A stretch of 64,000 nucleotides of DNA. It comes from Octopus sinensis. Its lineage: Eukaryota. The position numbers were made by a program, and so were the translations under genes. Below are positions 1 to 12,475 of this stretch, one piece after another. The notes beneath the pieces were generated by a model. The model was not told where the DNA came from, ran no database searches, and saw nothing but the letters and a program-made list of their open reading frames with translations. Numbering within the stretch: position 1 is the first letter of the stretch; every line of letters starts with the position of its first letter. The DNA is taken from positions 105,586,001 through 105,650,000 of the forward strand of contig NC_043000.1 of the NCBI RefSeq assembly GCF_006345805.1, given 5' to 3'.

Positions 1-452
1 AAGTGTCTTGGTGCGACTATGAAAGGTATCTAATCAGAGGCAGTAATTTCACCACAATAGAAGCAAGGCTCGAGTCAACGGAGCGTACAAGGGAGTACTT
101 GACTTGAACTTGCAAAGTGGAAATATTTTATTTTTACCTTTATATCTGTGACATAGGATGTCCCGGGGAAAATTTTTAATCCCCCTCCCCCCCGGTAGAG
201 GCAGGCTGGATTGTAGCCACATTTCTATACAAGAGGGAGGACAAGATACAATTGATCAAAATTACAAGAGACGGGCTAACAATTCCAGTCTGTTATATAT
301 GTTGAGTATTGTAATTGCTAGCGATATCAAGATATAACTTTGTATTTTGTATTTTATGTGTAGATGTATATATATAGATGTACATGTAATATGTACACAT
401 ATATACATGCACTAGCACTATGACCTGGCAACGACGGGTCTTTAATGCTAGT
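1..452 (+). mobile_element. Helitron/Helentron-like non-autonomous element, 3' end (5' part outside window)
   Basis: Hairpin GACCTG-GCAACGA-CGGGTC at 422-440, then 7 nt, then CTAG (448-451) followed by T. ACTAGCA (411-417) and TGCTAGT (446-452) are inverted repeats. Upstream DNA is richer in CpG than its flanks. Confidence 0.5.
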
Positions 453-686
453 AACTTCTAAAGGATATTCTTTTGAGTGAACAGTAAACATTTATCTGTA
501 AACAATGATTTTCGATTCTTTGCTTCAATCCATGCAATCAAGATTTTAATAAAGCGAAACCTGACAGTAATCTCAAATGCAAAGCTTCTTACTTAATTAG
601 AGTGCCAAAAAATTTGAAAATATCAAGTTGTTAGCCAAAGCAAAGCAAAGGTGGCCACATGGTGGAGGTTAAAACAAAAATATTAC

Positions 687-821
687 CTTTTGGTCGAGTT
701 GAACCACGCGTTGAACGTTTCACTGGTTCGGCAGGCAATTCCTCCTTATGTTCAGCTGTGGATGAGGCAGCAGCATCAGACAGCTTATTGCGCACTTTCA
801 CAGGAGAACGATCACGAACAC
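687..821 (-). CDS. NCOA6: NCOA6 coding exon 4 (135 nt, phase 1-1); gene continues beyond the left edge
   Basis: Acceptor tgttttctgcag|GT at 822/821 and donor AAAG|gtaata at 687/686. In frame with the previous exon (A+GT = Ser): SVRDRSPVKVRNKLSD...KRSTRGSTRPK. Confidence 0.8.
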
Positions 822-1068
822 CTGCAGAAAACATCAACAATTTAATTAGGTCACCTAAGCTGTGGAGTTAGTCAGCTAGTGATACAGGTAATTTAAGAGA
901 TGGTGATAGGAGATAGAGAAAATTATTCAACACTAAGAACATTTTTATTCCAACAAATAGCACACAAACAGTAAATTTTAGTACTAGAAAAAGCGAAACT
1001 TCCCAGTAAATTTTAATTTTTCTTATAATATGGCAACAGTGTAGAATAGAAAAATGTATTTACATATA

Positions 1069-1235
1069 GGCACAACCATGGCTGTATGTTTATGAGGTTG
1101 GCTTTGTAACTATGTGGTTTCAGAGTTGATCCCATTGGGTGGCATCTTCCACTATAGCCTTGGGTTGATCAATTTCTTTTGATCAAATTTTGGAAGACAG
1201 AAACAACATGAAAACCCATTTTGCTTGGTTGTAGG
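1069..1235 (+). mobile_element. Degenerate tRNA-derived SINE (same family as 28860-29196)
   Basis: ggctgtatg...gagttgatccc...cttccactatagccttgggttgatcaa...ttttggaagacagaaac aligns by eye to the better preserved copy at 28860-29196. Confidence 0.55.
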
Positions 1236-4165
1236 GTTATATTTATCAGTCCCATAACTCTGTGGCTTGACAAACCAAGTGTGTAACAAACTAAAATATA
1301 GTACTGAATTTGATATGATAAATTAAGCCAGTAAATGTATTTTTCAAACATGGCTCCAATTCAATGACTGATATATTCTGCCCTTCCATACAAATCGCCA
1401 TCATTATTATTTGTGCTGTCAATTTACATGTGTTAATCAGTACTTCTTTTATCTTTCTTTTTATGTTTATATGTTTTGTTAAATGTATGTAAAACATAAT
1501 ACACCAATTAGAGTTATATCTACATTCTAGGCCTTCAATAAAAACATCAGAAATTAGTCTTTAAAAAATACAATTCTATAGAAGAAGGTAATATATTGAC
1601 TGAATATATATTTTAGCAAGAAACACAAAAGACGAGAATAATAATTTGTTCAATACAGACTAATAGCATAGAAATTAGAAGTATGCAGATGTAGCATGCT
1701 TACTTTTTAGAAGTAACCTATTTGGAAATGTAAACATGTGCGAAAATGAAGATTTTATAGAAAGCAGAGGATTCTGCTTGCCACAGATTTAAGTTAGATT
1801 TTCACATCAATACAATTCTCATTATTTATTCACAAGGTAGGCCCAGTGAACCAGGTCCACAATTTTCAAGTGCAGCTGTTACACTTCACTAACACCATTG
1901 CTAAAGTCTTCAATGCTATAATGTGGCATTCCCTCAACCCAAAAAACTACAAACATAAACACTGGAGTGTTTCCAACAAATCAACTTCATGTCTCAGTGT
2001 TAATTTATGACTGGAACCATTTCACTTCAATTATATCACTAAAGATTTTAATGAGAAGCACTACAGCCACAACTTACTATTTCTTCTTTAAAAATTTTCA
2101 GCATCAAGACTATATTAGAAATACTTACTTATTCATAGAGCATAACTATACCATCAGAATCTTATCTTAGCAATAAGTATTTGGTACCCTTCAACTGAAG
2201 GTCACATCTTTTTAGCTTAACTTGAACCCAATCAGGTCTTCCCATTTTAACATTTAGACAAGAGTTATCTAAATTGCTTCTTCAATAGTTACAGCACTAT
2301 GTTGTTGCTGTAACTACAGTGAATCCTGAGATTCAACTTTTGACAAGTTGAATACAGCTGGTTAATAAATCATCATAAGGGATATAACTCTTTGTTGATG
2401 GCCAATCCTGAGACAGCAATGTTAAAGTGGTGATCCATAGAACATTCATATTTCAGACAGTTACCCAGAAACACTCCCCACTATTACATCAAATATACAA
2501 AGACCTCTAATAGGATTTCATAATGTGAACTTCCAGATTGCTAGACCAAACTTACAAGTAGAATTTCAGCTGAAATTTACGATACACAATCAAACCAAAG
2601 TAACAGCTATTTCCTCATTATCAGTGTTAAAACTACAAGAGATTTCATTGGAGAGTCTAGTTGTTGCTGTTCAAAAGTTCTTGAAAATAATCTGAGGAAA
2701 GACATGGTGGTCAGTAATGACAAAATTCATTTAATAATGTTTGAAATTTAGATAGTTATACACTAAGGAGATTTTGTGAGTAGTGATGTTTCAAGCAAAT
2801 CTCTTTTAACTGAGAAATTGAAATATCCCAAGATTTGCTTGAAATGTCAGTAATCACATCTCTTGAGAGCTTTATATTTCATGTTATTTCTCTTTGTGAG
2901 CGAGTATTCTTTCATTACTCACAAAGAGGATTCACTGCTAATTCTGTTTTCCATAATGTTAATCTGTTCTTTATCTACCCTGATGTCTTCAAATTCAAGC
3001 CAACATGTACGCTAACATCATTATCCTTAAGCATTTCAGCTGGGTAAGTAGATAAAAAGCTGGACTACTAGCTGAAGGGTGAACAGATCCTACCCTTGTA
3101 AGGGTGCTACATTGTATCCTTAGTAAAAACAATTCTCTCTTTCCATGTCCAGCTAGTTATAAATATGTATCTAGATGAGATACAGTTCAATGAAGTACGT
3201 TAAAATAATTAACAAATATTTAATTACATAGCAGTATTGATCAGTAAGATTCTCGTGGATAAAGAAAAAAGTGTATTCACCTTTGAATTACTGCATAAAA
3301 ATGAAACCATCAGTAGTATCCCTACAACCCTCCAGTAATGGAGCACTCACTTTGTTGTCTACATCAGTAAACCTGCTAGTTATACTGTGATACAAACCCG
3401 ACATCGTGTTATACATTTGTCTTAATATTCTTCTCTGAACTAGCTATAAAAACCATAGCCACACCACAGGTAAGTTTTCTCTTACCATGTATATTCTTAT
3501 TTTTTACAAGCTACTATCCCTTTAGAATATCAACTTTTCTCCACTCTCAATCTCAGCTTCTCATCTTCAATGTGTTGGGTAATACTACCTCCTAAGTTTT
3601 CATTTTCTTTACCCTATCCAGGCTTTTTATTTAAAAATCCCATGTTTCTACATTATGCCACCTTATTACAATTCATGTTCTATTGCTACACTAAACGCTT
3701 ATTACTCTAACCACCTCAAAAAAAAAACAGCAGTAGAATGTGATTTCCCTGTCTAAGAGCTTATAGTCCTCACAATTCACCCACTCAACTATTTTAGCTC
3801 AATAAATCTGAGCCAAGGAAACTGTTGCATAATCAACCAGCTAGAAATAGTGAACAAAGCATTCCAGATACACCATCTAGAATGCTTTTTCCCATAGATC
3901 TGCTTGATCAGGGTTGACTAGGGCTAAACAACCACCTCAACAATTTCACAGGCACACACATATATATGATGGGCAACTACCTCTTTTGTTTGGAGATGTT
4001 AAAATACATTAGAGCCATAAACATAGCATTATGTAAATAGTTGAGATGGAAAATGGAAGTTAAGGCAGAATATTGACAAAAAGAAAATCAAAACTGAGAA
4101 TTAATTAGTGAAGCTGAAATGTCATAGATGCAACTGAGAATATTAATAAATAATCAATGACTTAC

Positions 4166-7100
4166 TGCTAGCAACTGACCGCTCCTGGGCACCAGGCCTT
4201 CCACGCCGGATAAGTGGAGGTTTGACATCAGACGATTCTTTACAATCACTTCCATCCACTTTCTCACCACCATCGCTCTGTTTTGTAACATTGCTTTCCA
4301 TCGCTTCCTTATTAGGAAGCCAGTCATGAGACTGGATACAGTTCTCCACCAATTCTACCTGTTTCTCTTTTTCTAGGTGTTGCCCATCAGTTATAGCTGA
4401 AGTAGCTGAATCCTGATGAGATTCAGAATTGTTGCTGGCTTCCTGTACAGCATCTTGTTCTGTAGATCTGCAGTCATTGACAGACTCATGAGACACTACA
4501 GTTGCACTCTGGCTGTCAATATTGTTGCACAAAACCGCATCAGCTTCTGAGGTTCGATGCGAGTCTTCTGTTGGCACAGCCAACGCGGACTGATCAGGAC
4601 TGACCCCATGGGAGAGTTTACTGGGCAGCGTGTTACCAAGATTAGCACCTGAACTTTGAGAACTAGAACTGGTTCCTTCACTGAGCTGGTCAGCTGCAGT
4701 GCCAGAAGAATTACTAGAATCATGTTCCCTGAGAGAATGTTCCGATCGCTGGTGATGCTGCTCTCCATTGCCCATGTTAGCTAACTCAGCTTGATGACAC
4801 ACACGATTCACAGGAGATGATGTTGTATTGGCAGGCTCAAAGGGTTTAATAGCATCAGTGTGATTCTGTGTGTCACCCTCCACATTTCCGCCTGTTTCTT
4901 CAGCATGCAAACTACCTACAGATGTCTTCTGCTCTGATGTGACAGCTGGGACCTGAGCTGCTTCATCTGGGCATGTAATGGCACTATCTGAATCCTGTGG
5001 ATTTGTAACAGTGGTCAAACAGTTCCCTTCTGCTGAACTAAGCGATGGTGTACTTTCATAATCTGTGCTCTGCAAATGCTTCTCACTTTTCTCAGCTAAG
5101 TTTCCTGCCGGCCTCTTGCTACCATTGTGCACATTGAGATTAGAGCTCACAGCTTCAGTGAGGTGGGTTTGCAAGGCAGCCTGCTGACCAGCAACAGGCA
5201 GTGGAACAGAAACTGCTGCAGACACCCTTTGCATTGACAATTGTTCAGATGTTGCTTCTGCACTCAAACCTGGTAGGCTCTGCTGATTGGTGAAGCTAGT
5301 TAAGCTTTCACTTGAGGGCACAGCGGTAGTTGGCTGTGTCAACAGTTTACTACTAGACTCATAGTTCATAGCACCAGACTGAAGCTGAAACCGTTCCAAT
5401 GCTAATTGGGACGCATTTTGGTTAACACTCCTAGGATTAGTTTGTTGCTGATGATGATGATTTTGCTGTTGCTGTTGTTGATGGTGTGATTCAGCCAACG
5501 TCACATTAGATGAAGACTGACTTGCTTGGAGAGCAGATGCCAATGTCATCTGATTTGCATGGGTAGCAATGTTCAAAGATGAGAGGATATTAGGAGCCCC
5601 TAAACTGTCAACATAGGAGACAGAAGTCCCATGAGATATTTCAGCAGTGTGTGAAATGGATGTGGAGAAGGATGTGGAAAATGAAGAGCATAAGGGAGAG
5701 GACGAAGCTGTGTTGGTGATGGTTAAAGTGGTGGGGGTGATCGTGTTAGTAGGGGTGCTGCCTTTTCTAGCAGTTGATGCCAGAAAATTAACCACATGCT
5801 CTTCAACTTGACAGTCTAGATTTCTATTTAAGTCCCGCTGTTTGGTTCCAGACAATGCTGCAGGCAGTGTAGTGATACTACTCGCTGTCGTCAAGAACTG
5901 CTGCTGTTGAGATGGTGGAATTACCGACGAGTGAAGACTTACAGGCACATCAAAAGAATTTAGAATCCGTTCAGAAGAATCTAAGGTTTTATCCTCTGGA
6001 GAATCTATCAGCACCTGCTGGTGTTCTAAATGTTGCAAGCCAAGTCTCTGGGTTACATTACCCATGGCAGAAGTAGAAGCAGTTGCATGAGTTGATAGGT
6101 TTTCTCCAGGATAAACCTGAGAGAAAGATTGGTGATCTAATGAGGCCACTTGAGCCAGAGTTGATGGAGTGTAACTAACCAGGGGAGCTGGTAGACTCTG
6201 GACCATATTATGCATAGTTGAAAGTTGAGGTGTGCTTGTGTGGCTTGAGAGAACCCAAGAGTTCTGACTAGAAGAAAGTGATGATGAGTTGAGAGGAGAA
6301 ACTGGAGCTTGGGATGAAGTGTGTATGTGATCTACAAGAGTCTGTGCTCGTGGTGAGCCAATTGGGGGGTGTTTGCCATGGTGTGGACTAGAACGAGGAG
6401 ATGTAGACGTACTAACTGCCTGCTGTCGGATGGAGCTACTGACAGGAGACTTACGAATGCGAGGTAGAGAGTGGTCACTTGATGGAAGGGGCTTTACTAG
6501 GCGCTGAACTGATTCAGTGAGTCTCTTTGGTAAGGGCAAGTCAGGGGCATATAAGTGCGGTAAGCAATTTACTGTGTTTACAGATGTTGAGCCTGACCGT
6601 TTCGTATAAATGCTCGTGATGTTGGACCCTTTGGCTGAATCTTGACAGCTAGCTGCTCCAAGTGACACTTTCAGGGAGTTTGTAGAACAAACATTCGTAC
6701 TCCCTGTAGTTGTACTAGCAAGCCCAGCACTACTGCCACTATTACTGTGACTACTACTCATGGTAGATTCAGCAAGAGTGCTGTTAGAAGATAAAATCGC
6801 CGATAGGCCACTACCAAGGATGTTACTCAAGTCGGCCACTGTCACCTGCAGGGTAGTTTTCTCCATCATTGCACATTTGTCCAAAACACCTGATGAAGAG
6901 TCTTTTAGAGAACTGCACACTGATATCTCAATTTCTTTTGATTGGCCTGGTTGAGAAAGAAAAATGCCACCATTCAGTCCATTGTTGCAATCAACTTGTA
7001 CCTTAGGCTGTTGGAATTCTTCTGTTGTAATAGACTTGTTAAAAAGTTCAACATCAGATGACATTAGATGTGATAATGATGCAAATGATCTACTAGAAGG

Positions 7101-7561
7101 ACATAGTATTGCTGTGGTGACATCTGTGTTTATTAGAGTGTTCAGTTTGTCCTTTCCTAAACTTGAAATGTCCGTGTTCTTACTTTCAGCTAATTTGGAG
7201 ATTTCCTGAGTCAGTCCTGCTTTGTCCAGCTCACTGGACAGTGTTGCAAGGGCCAGAGAAGACAGCACTTGGTGAGAAAGCTGCTGAGAGGCATCTGATT
7301 GTTCGGTGGTGCCTGATCCACGACTCGTGATGTTGGACAACGAGCAAGTACTACTGACAGGGGCTCTACTGTGGGACACGGCCACCCCACTGCCACTAAC
7401 AGCCGATGGATTATTTAGCTGTTCCTTGGTTGTACCAGTATCTCCACCAGATAGCATAGCTGCCATTTTGGCACTAGCTGGAAATATAGGGTTACACCAT
7501 GTTGTAGATGCTGCCAAACTTCCTTGCTGACTTGCCATTGTTGTCAAGTGCTCAGGAGCTA
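4166..7561 (-). CDS. NCOA6: NCOA6 coding exon 3 (3396 nt, phase 1-1), S/T/Q-rich low-complexity region
   Basis: Inside the 1134-aa ORF. Acceptor ttttcttttcttatctag|TA at 7562/7561 (G+TA = Val, VAPEHLTTMASQ) and donor GCA|gtaagt at 4166/4165. Phases match the neighbouring exons. Assignment to NCOA6 rests on splice continuity, not on a recognisable domain. Confidence 0.85.
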
Positions 7562-8870
7562 CTAGATAAGAAAAGAAAAGAAAAATATTAAAATATATTA
7601 AAAATTGAATAATAAAGAAATCATTTTTAAAGCACAGTGTAAAAATAAGTTATCTCCCTTATGTTCTAGTCTAAAATACATTTTTATTCACATTAAATCA
7701 AAAATCTAGTTGCTAAATTTAGTAGAAGCCAGCTTCTATAAAAGAAGCATACCATATCTAAAACAAGGGAACCTTGGAATAACGTGTTTTTATTATGTAA
7801 CAGGAGTTACATTTGATACTTCCTAACATGATGCAAGGAGAGGCAAGCAGTGAATTAAAAGAGAAACAAGCCAATAAGACAGATGAGAAAAAAAAGGTTC
7901 CTCAAATCCAGCTCAAATCAGCACTGACTGAAGTTAACCTGTTTCAAAAATATTTCTTTAAACAAAAACAAATCACAAAACATATTCTTTTGTGAGAATC
8001 AATTATTCACCAACATATAAAACACATCAATCAATGAAAATATTATCAAGGGTGGGGTTTCTTTCATAAAACGCATCAATGAAAATATTGCCAATAGTGG
8101 ATTTCTTCCAATTGCAGAATAGAAGAGTGACATAAAAATATAGTTTGATATTATAGATAAATATAGCTCTACTGTGAAGACTGTTCAACATATTTTCAAG
8201 AAATATCTACTATAGTATGTTATATATATTGAAGAATTCAAAAGTATTACAATCTACCAACACTAATGCTTGTCATAACCATCTGCTCTTAGATAATCCA
8301 TTTACAGAGCAATCTTCTAAACTAGGCATATTAACCTGTAAATTTATTGATATATAGGACTTATGAGAGAAACACAGTTCACAGTTGAAGTGTTGAAGAA
8401 GCAAGAGTCTTGAGGTTTTGAGGGGGCAGAAAATTTGAAAGTAATGGTAATAGCTATCTTTCCCTAAAAGTGCTGGTGATAGGAATCAAAACTGGTTCTT
8501 GGTATCAACTTCCTAGAGTAATAACTAGCAGTGCCCAAAGAGATTCCATGGTAATTTTGATAACTGTGAGATAAATGGAAGTTTAAAGAGGCCCTCAAAC
8601 TACATTATTTCTTTTGAAATTGTATTTTTGCTGAAACAAATGATTCTTGAGATAGTGTAAAAGTTCACATAGGTTGTACTGAAGTATAGTCATAAGAGAG
8701 AACATATTTGAAAGTTATATTCTTTGTTATACAATTGTCACTCTTCCGCCTTGAGAGTTTTCGCCTGATTAGACTTGAACCCATAATCCCAATGAACAAC
8801 ATATTATAGCTATTCCACAGCTACAATTTCTACATATAAAAAAGTAAATAAATAAAACGTAATAGTAATA

Positions 8871-8995
8871 TAGGCACAAGCATAACTGTATGGTTGAAAT
8901 GTGTGCTTAGAAACCATGCAGTTCTGAGTTCAGTCCCACTACTACTATAGCTTCAAGTTAATAATACCTTGAGTAGAAGCCTGTCGTGTGTGCAC
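8871..8995 (+). mobile_element. Degenerate, internally deleted tRNA-derived SINE
   Basis: taggcacaagcataactgtatggttg...gagttcagtcccact...actatagc...agaagcctgtcgt resembles the head and tail of the 28860-29196 family. Confidence 0.5.
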
Positions 8996-9585
8996 ATGCT
9001 TATATTCAGGCTACTTAAAACCAACATTTATGCATAGCAATTCAACAAATGCACATTTGCAAAATTATCAGACTTTAAAATATGTAGTGGAGTCAATATG
9101 CTGGACTAAACCTTTGAAGGTAGTTCTCCAGCAGCATTGCAATCCATTAAGTAAAATGCTAAATGAATAAAAGAATGCATACACCATACTTATACTAATA
9201 ACATTTATTTATTTATTTCACAAACATCTTTAAATGTTGTAATATAAATTGGTTACAGCTTCAATTTTCTTCTGTAAGTTATCAGTCTTATGAACAATAA
9301 CCAAAAATCTATCTGACGCTCTAACGGCTGGGCCAATTTGCCTTATATATATTTATTATTAGCGACAGAAGTAGTACTGATTCAGAATAGCATTCTATGC
9401 CTTACTTAACATGGATATACCACAAAAAACCACTAATCTGCAGTATGTTTTGAGAACGCATCTGAAATAGATGTATAGTGCTGGCTTTCTATAATATACC
9501 CACATTGAGTATGATATACAGAATAATTAATATCATCATCCTTAACGCCCATTTTTCATGCTGGCTTGAGATGGACACACACGCA

Positions 9586-10458
9586 TACACGGTGTGATGG
9601 GTAAATTGTCACAATTTTTTTTAATTTCCCACATGCACATTGTTTGTTTTTGATTTTGACGACTACACAGTACAGTAGGGTCAGCTGGGCATCATCTGTG
9701 AGAAAAATAGCAGCATGACACAATTCACTCTGTTAAAAACTTGGAAACGTCCTACACTGCTTGGCATTCATGCCAGAAGCTCCAATACAAACATTTTAGA
9801 GTGTTTGAGTGTCAACGTGAGGACAGTATAGAGGATTCGAAAAGAGTTGGATGAGTCTAATGGTGATTACAAAGGTGTTTGGAGTGACCATTAGTGATGG
9901 TGACATTATGCCTCCATTCATCTTCCCACATGGGCTCAGACTCAACACGGAGGCCTACATCAAGTGCCTGGAGGAGGTAGTGCTGCCCTGAGTCAAGAGG
10001 GTGGCTGCTGGAAGACCCTATCTCTGGCAACAGGATTCAGTACCATGCTACACACAAGCAGGAGAACCCAGTCATGGCTGTCAGACAATTTCTGCAACCA
10101 CATCGCCCCTAACATTTGATCACCTAACTTCTCAGACTGCAACCCCCTTGATTATTATGTGGGGCACAGTTGAGCGAGACCAACAAAACTCCTTGTAACA
10201 CCAAAGATGAACTGAAGGCAAGGATTATGACAGCATTCACCAACTTAAACAAGGAGACCGTCCAGAAGAGTTGCTGGAGATTCCAAAGTAGTATGGAGGC
10301 CATGCTTGATGCAAATGGCAATTTTATTGGATAAATTTACTCTTTGGCATTTCAAGATATTTTTAGGTAATTTAGGTAAATATATCTGTTAAAATGAGAT
10401 GTCAGTGTTATTTTCATTTTGTGTGATTTAGACAACAGTTTATTCACTGCACCCTGTA
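9586..10458 (+). mobile_element. Tc1/mariner-superfamily transposon, internally deleted and decayed
   Basis: TA-flanked imperfect TIRs (tacacggtgtgatgggtaaattgtc / gacaacagtttattcactgcaccctgta). Frameshifted transposase motifs WQQDSVPCYT, SRRTQSWLSDNF and SPNFSDCNPLDYYV match the QQD..P.H and PP.SPD.NP.D catalytic region. Confidence 0.8.
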
Positions 10459-12049
10459 CACACACAAACACAGTGAGAGAGGGATAGTTCATGCTGTAAA
10501 GTTGTTGGTCATATGAAGGGGAAGGGCACTTATTTATAATTGTCCATTCCCCACCAAAAAAAGAAAATAATAATATACACAGTTGATTAAATCAAGGAAA
10601 AACGACAGTCTGATCTGCTGCTGCATATCCTAGATGAAGATCTATGACATATGGTGAGACACTGTGAAATTCATCCAATCCATTATCAGAGCTAGGAAAA
10701 AGTGACAAATGTAAAATGACTGGAATTTTATATTTTTAATACCATTAAAATCAATTCTTATATTAATAGCATTTTGATATTCACACTGAAACAGGAAAGA
10801 GGAGTTCTGATATTCATGCCTTTTTTAAAAGAATTCACAATCTAAGCAGGAATAAGCCCAGTTATAAACTCATTTCTTCACTGGGAATTTGTTTCTGCTC
10901 TATATAATTTCCTACTCTATAATTTACCTCTATATAGTACTTATTCCATACAAGGAAAATTAGTAACTAACTATGATGCATATTTTAGTTTCAATACACA
11001 CTTACTGATTGAGTATTTCACAAAGGCACTCAGTTGTGTGTTAGTTCATGATGTGTCATGACATAACCTAAGATGTGAATGAGCTACAAATTTTTAAGAT
11101 TGACAGAGTGGCCTAATAACTGACTGATTTAAAACAAAAAAGATTTATGGACAAGAGAAAAAATTTTTGAAAAAGCAAATTTATCATATATAGGAAGTAA
11201 TCATTCACTGAAAAGTCATTCTTTCATTATCATCATCATTTTCCATCTGCTTTCCACACTGGCATGGGTTAGATGAGTTGTCAGAGTTCAAGTCAGTTCC
11301 TATTCAGAGTTATAATCCCACTAGAAGGATTAGGAGACTGTTTAACTTGGATGTTAAGTTCGGCATAGTTTCTACCTTCCCTATCACCAACTAGTTTAGA
11401 AAACATACTGGATGCAGTTTATCATATACAGGACTAAAAAGGTTATGTCCTTAACAAAGTATGGCAAGGATCCACTCAAGCCTACAATGTTTCCACTTGT
11501 TTATCAATCACTTTATGGGTGTATTTTATCATGAAACCAGCACAAGTGTAGTTTCCTTGTACTCTGCAATACTAAATTTTGAATTTATTGATACATGACA
11601 CTAGAAAATTATTTTCAGTAATATCGGTAGGATAGGAACTATTAGCACTGTTGTGTTGTTATAATAAACCTTTTTCTCAAAACTTCTAATAGGTCAATCC
11701 GTCAGAAATTTCTTAAAGATATTTTGAACATTGGTTGTATCTTAAAGGAAAATTACACAGAAAGAAAACAGTGAAAAAGCTACAAGCAAAAATGTAAAAG
11801 AAACAAGAGTACAAAACTAAGTTAGAAGAGAAAGTGAAAACAACAAAAGAATAAGCAGGATAACAGTGAAGCATATGATAATGTTGACCTTGAAGAAAAC
11901 GATAGATATTATGACAATAAAGCCAAATGTCATAATGAAGATGACAACAGCTAAAGAAACAGTGAAGGATTGGATATAACAGCATAGGATATAATGGGAT
12001 AAGAATAATGAAGGACATCATAGTGAGGATAATAACATGTAGTAATTAG

Positions 12050-12475
12050 ATGTTTTGTGAAGATGCTATGTGAAGGTTGTTCAGTGACGACACTAGATGA
12101 AAGTTGTTGAGTGAGGATGCTAAAGGAAGGTTGTTGGGTAAAGATGCCAGATAAAAGTTGGAGGGTAAAGGTTAATAGGTGAAGTCTGTTATGGAAGACC
12201 ATGGAAGGTGAATGTTTTTAGAGAATGCTGCTAAAGGTTTTTAGGTGATAATACTCAGTTAAGTTGTTAAATAATCATGCTAAATAAAAGCTGTTGTGTG
12301 AAGTTGCTAGGTTAAGGCTGTTAGGTAAAGATTATTAAGTGAAAGTCATTAGGTGAAGGCTGTTGGGAAAATGCTGTGAGGTGAAGGTTGTTAGATAGAG
12401 TTTAGCCAATGAAAGTTGCAGAGTGAATGTTCTTGGATGAAGGTTGTTGGGTAGAGGCTGCTAGGTGAAGGCCAT
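12050..12475. repeat. Degenerate minisatellite, 13-15 bp units of consensus near aggtgaaggttgtt
   Basis: Many diverged units such as gtgaaggttgttca, ggaaggttgttgg, gtgaagttgctagg, gtgaaggctgttgg, gtgaaggttgttag and atgaaggttgttgg. Confidence 0.7.

Noticed and set aside
1780-3050. Coding-like stretch in intron 3, including ORF 2835-3047
   Set aside because: All frames have frequent stops and I could not identify a family motif. It is probably an old transposon remnant and cannot be supported as an exon.
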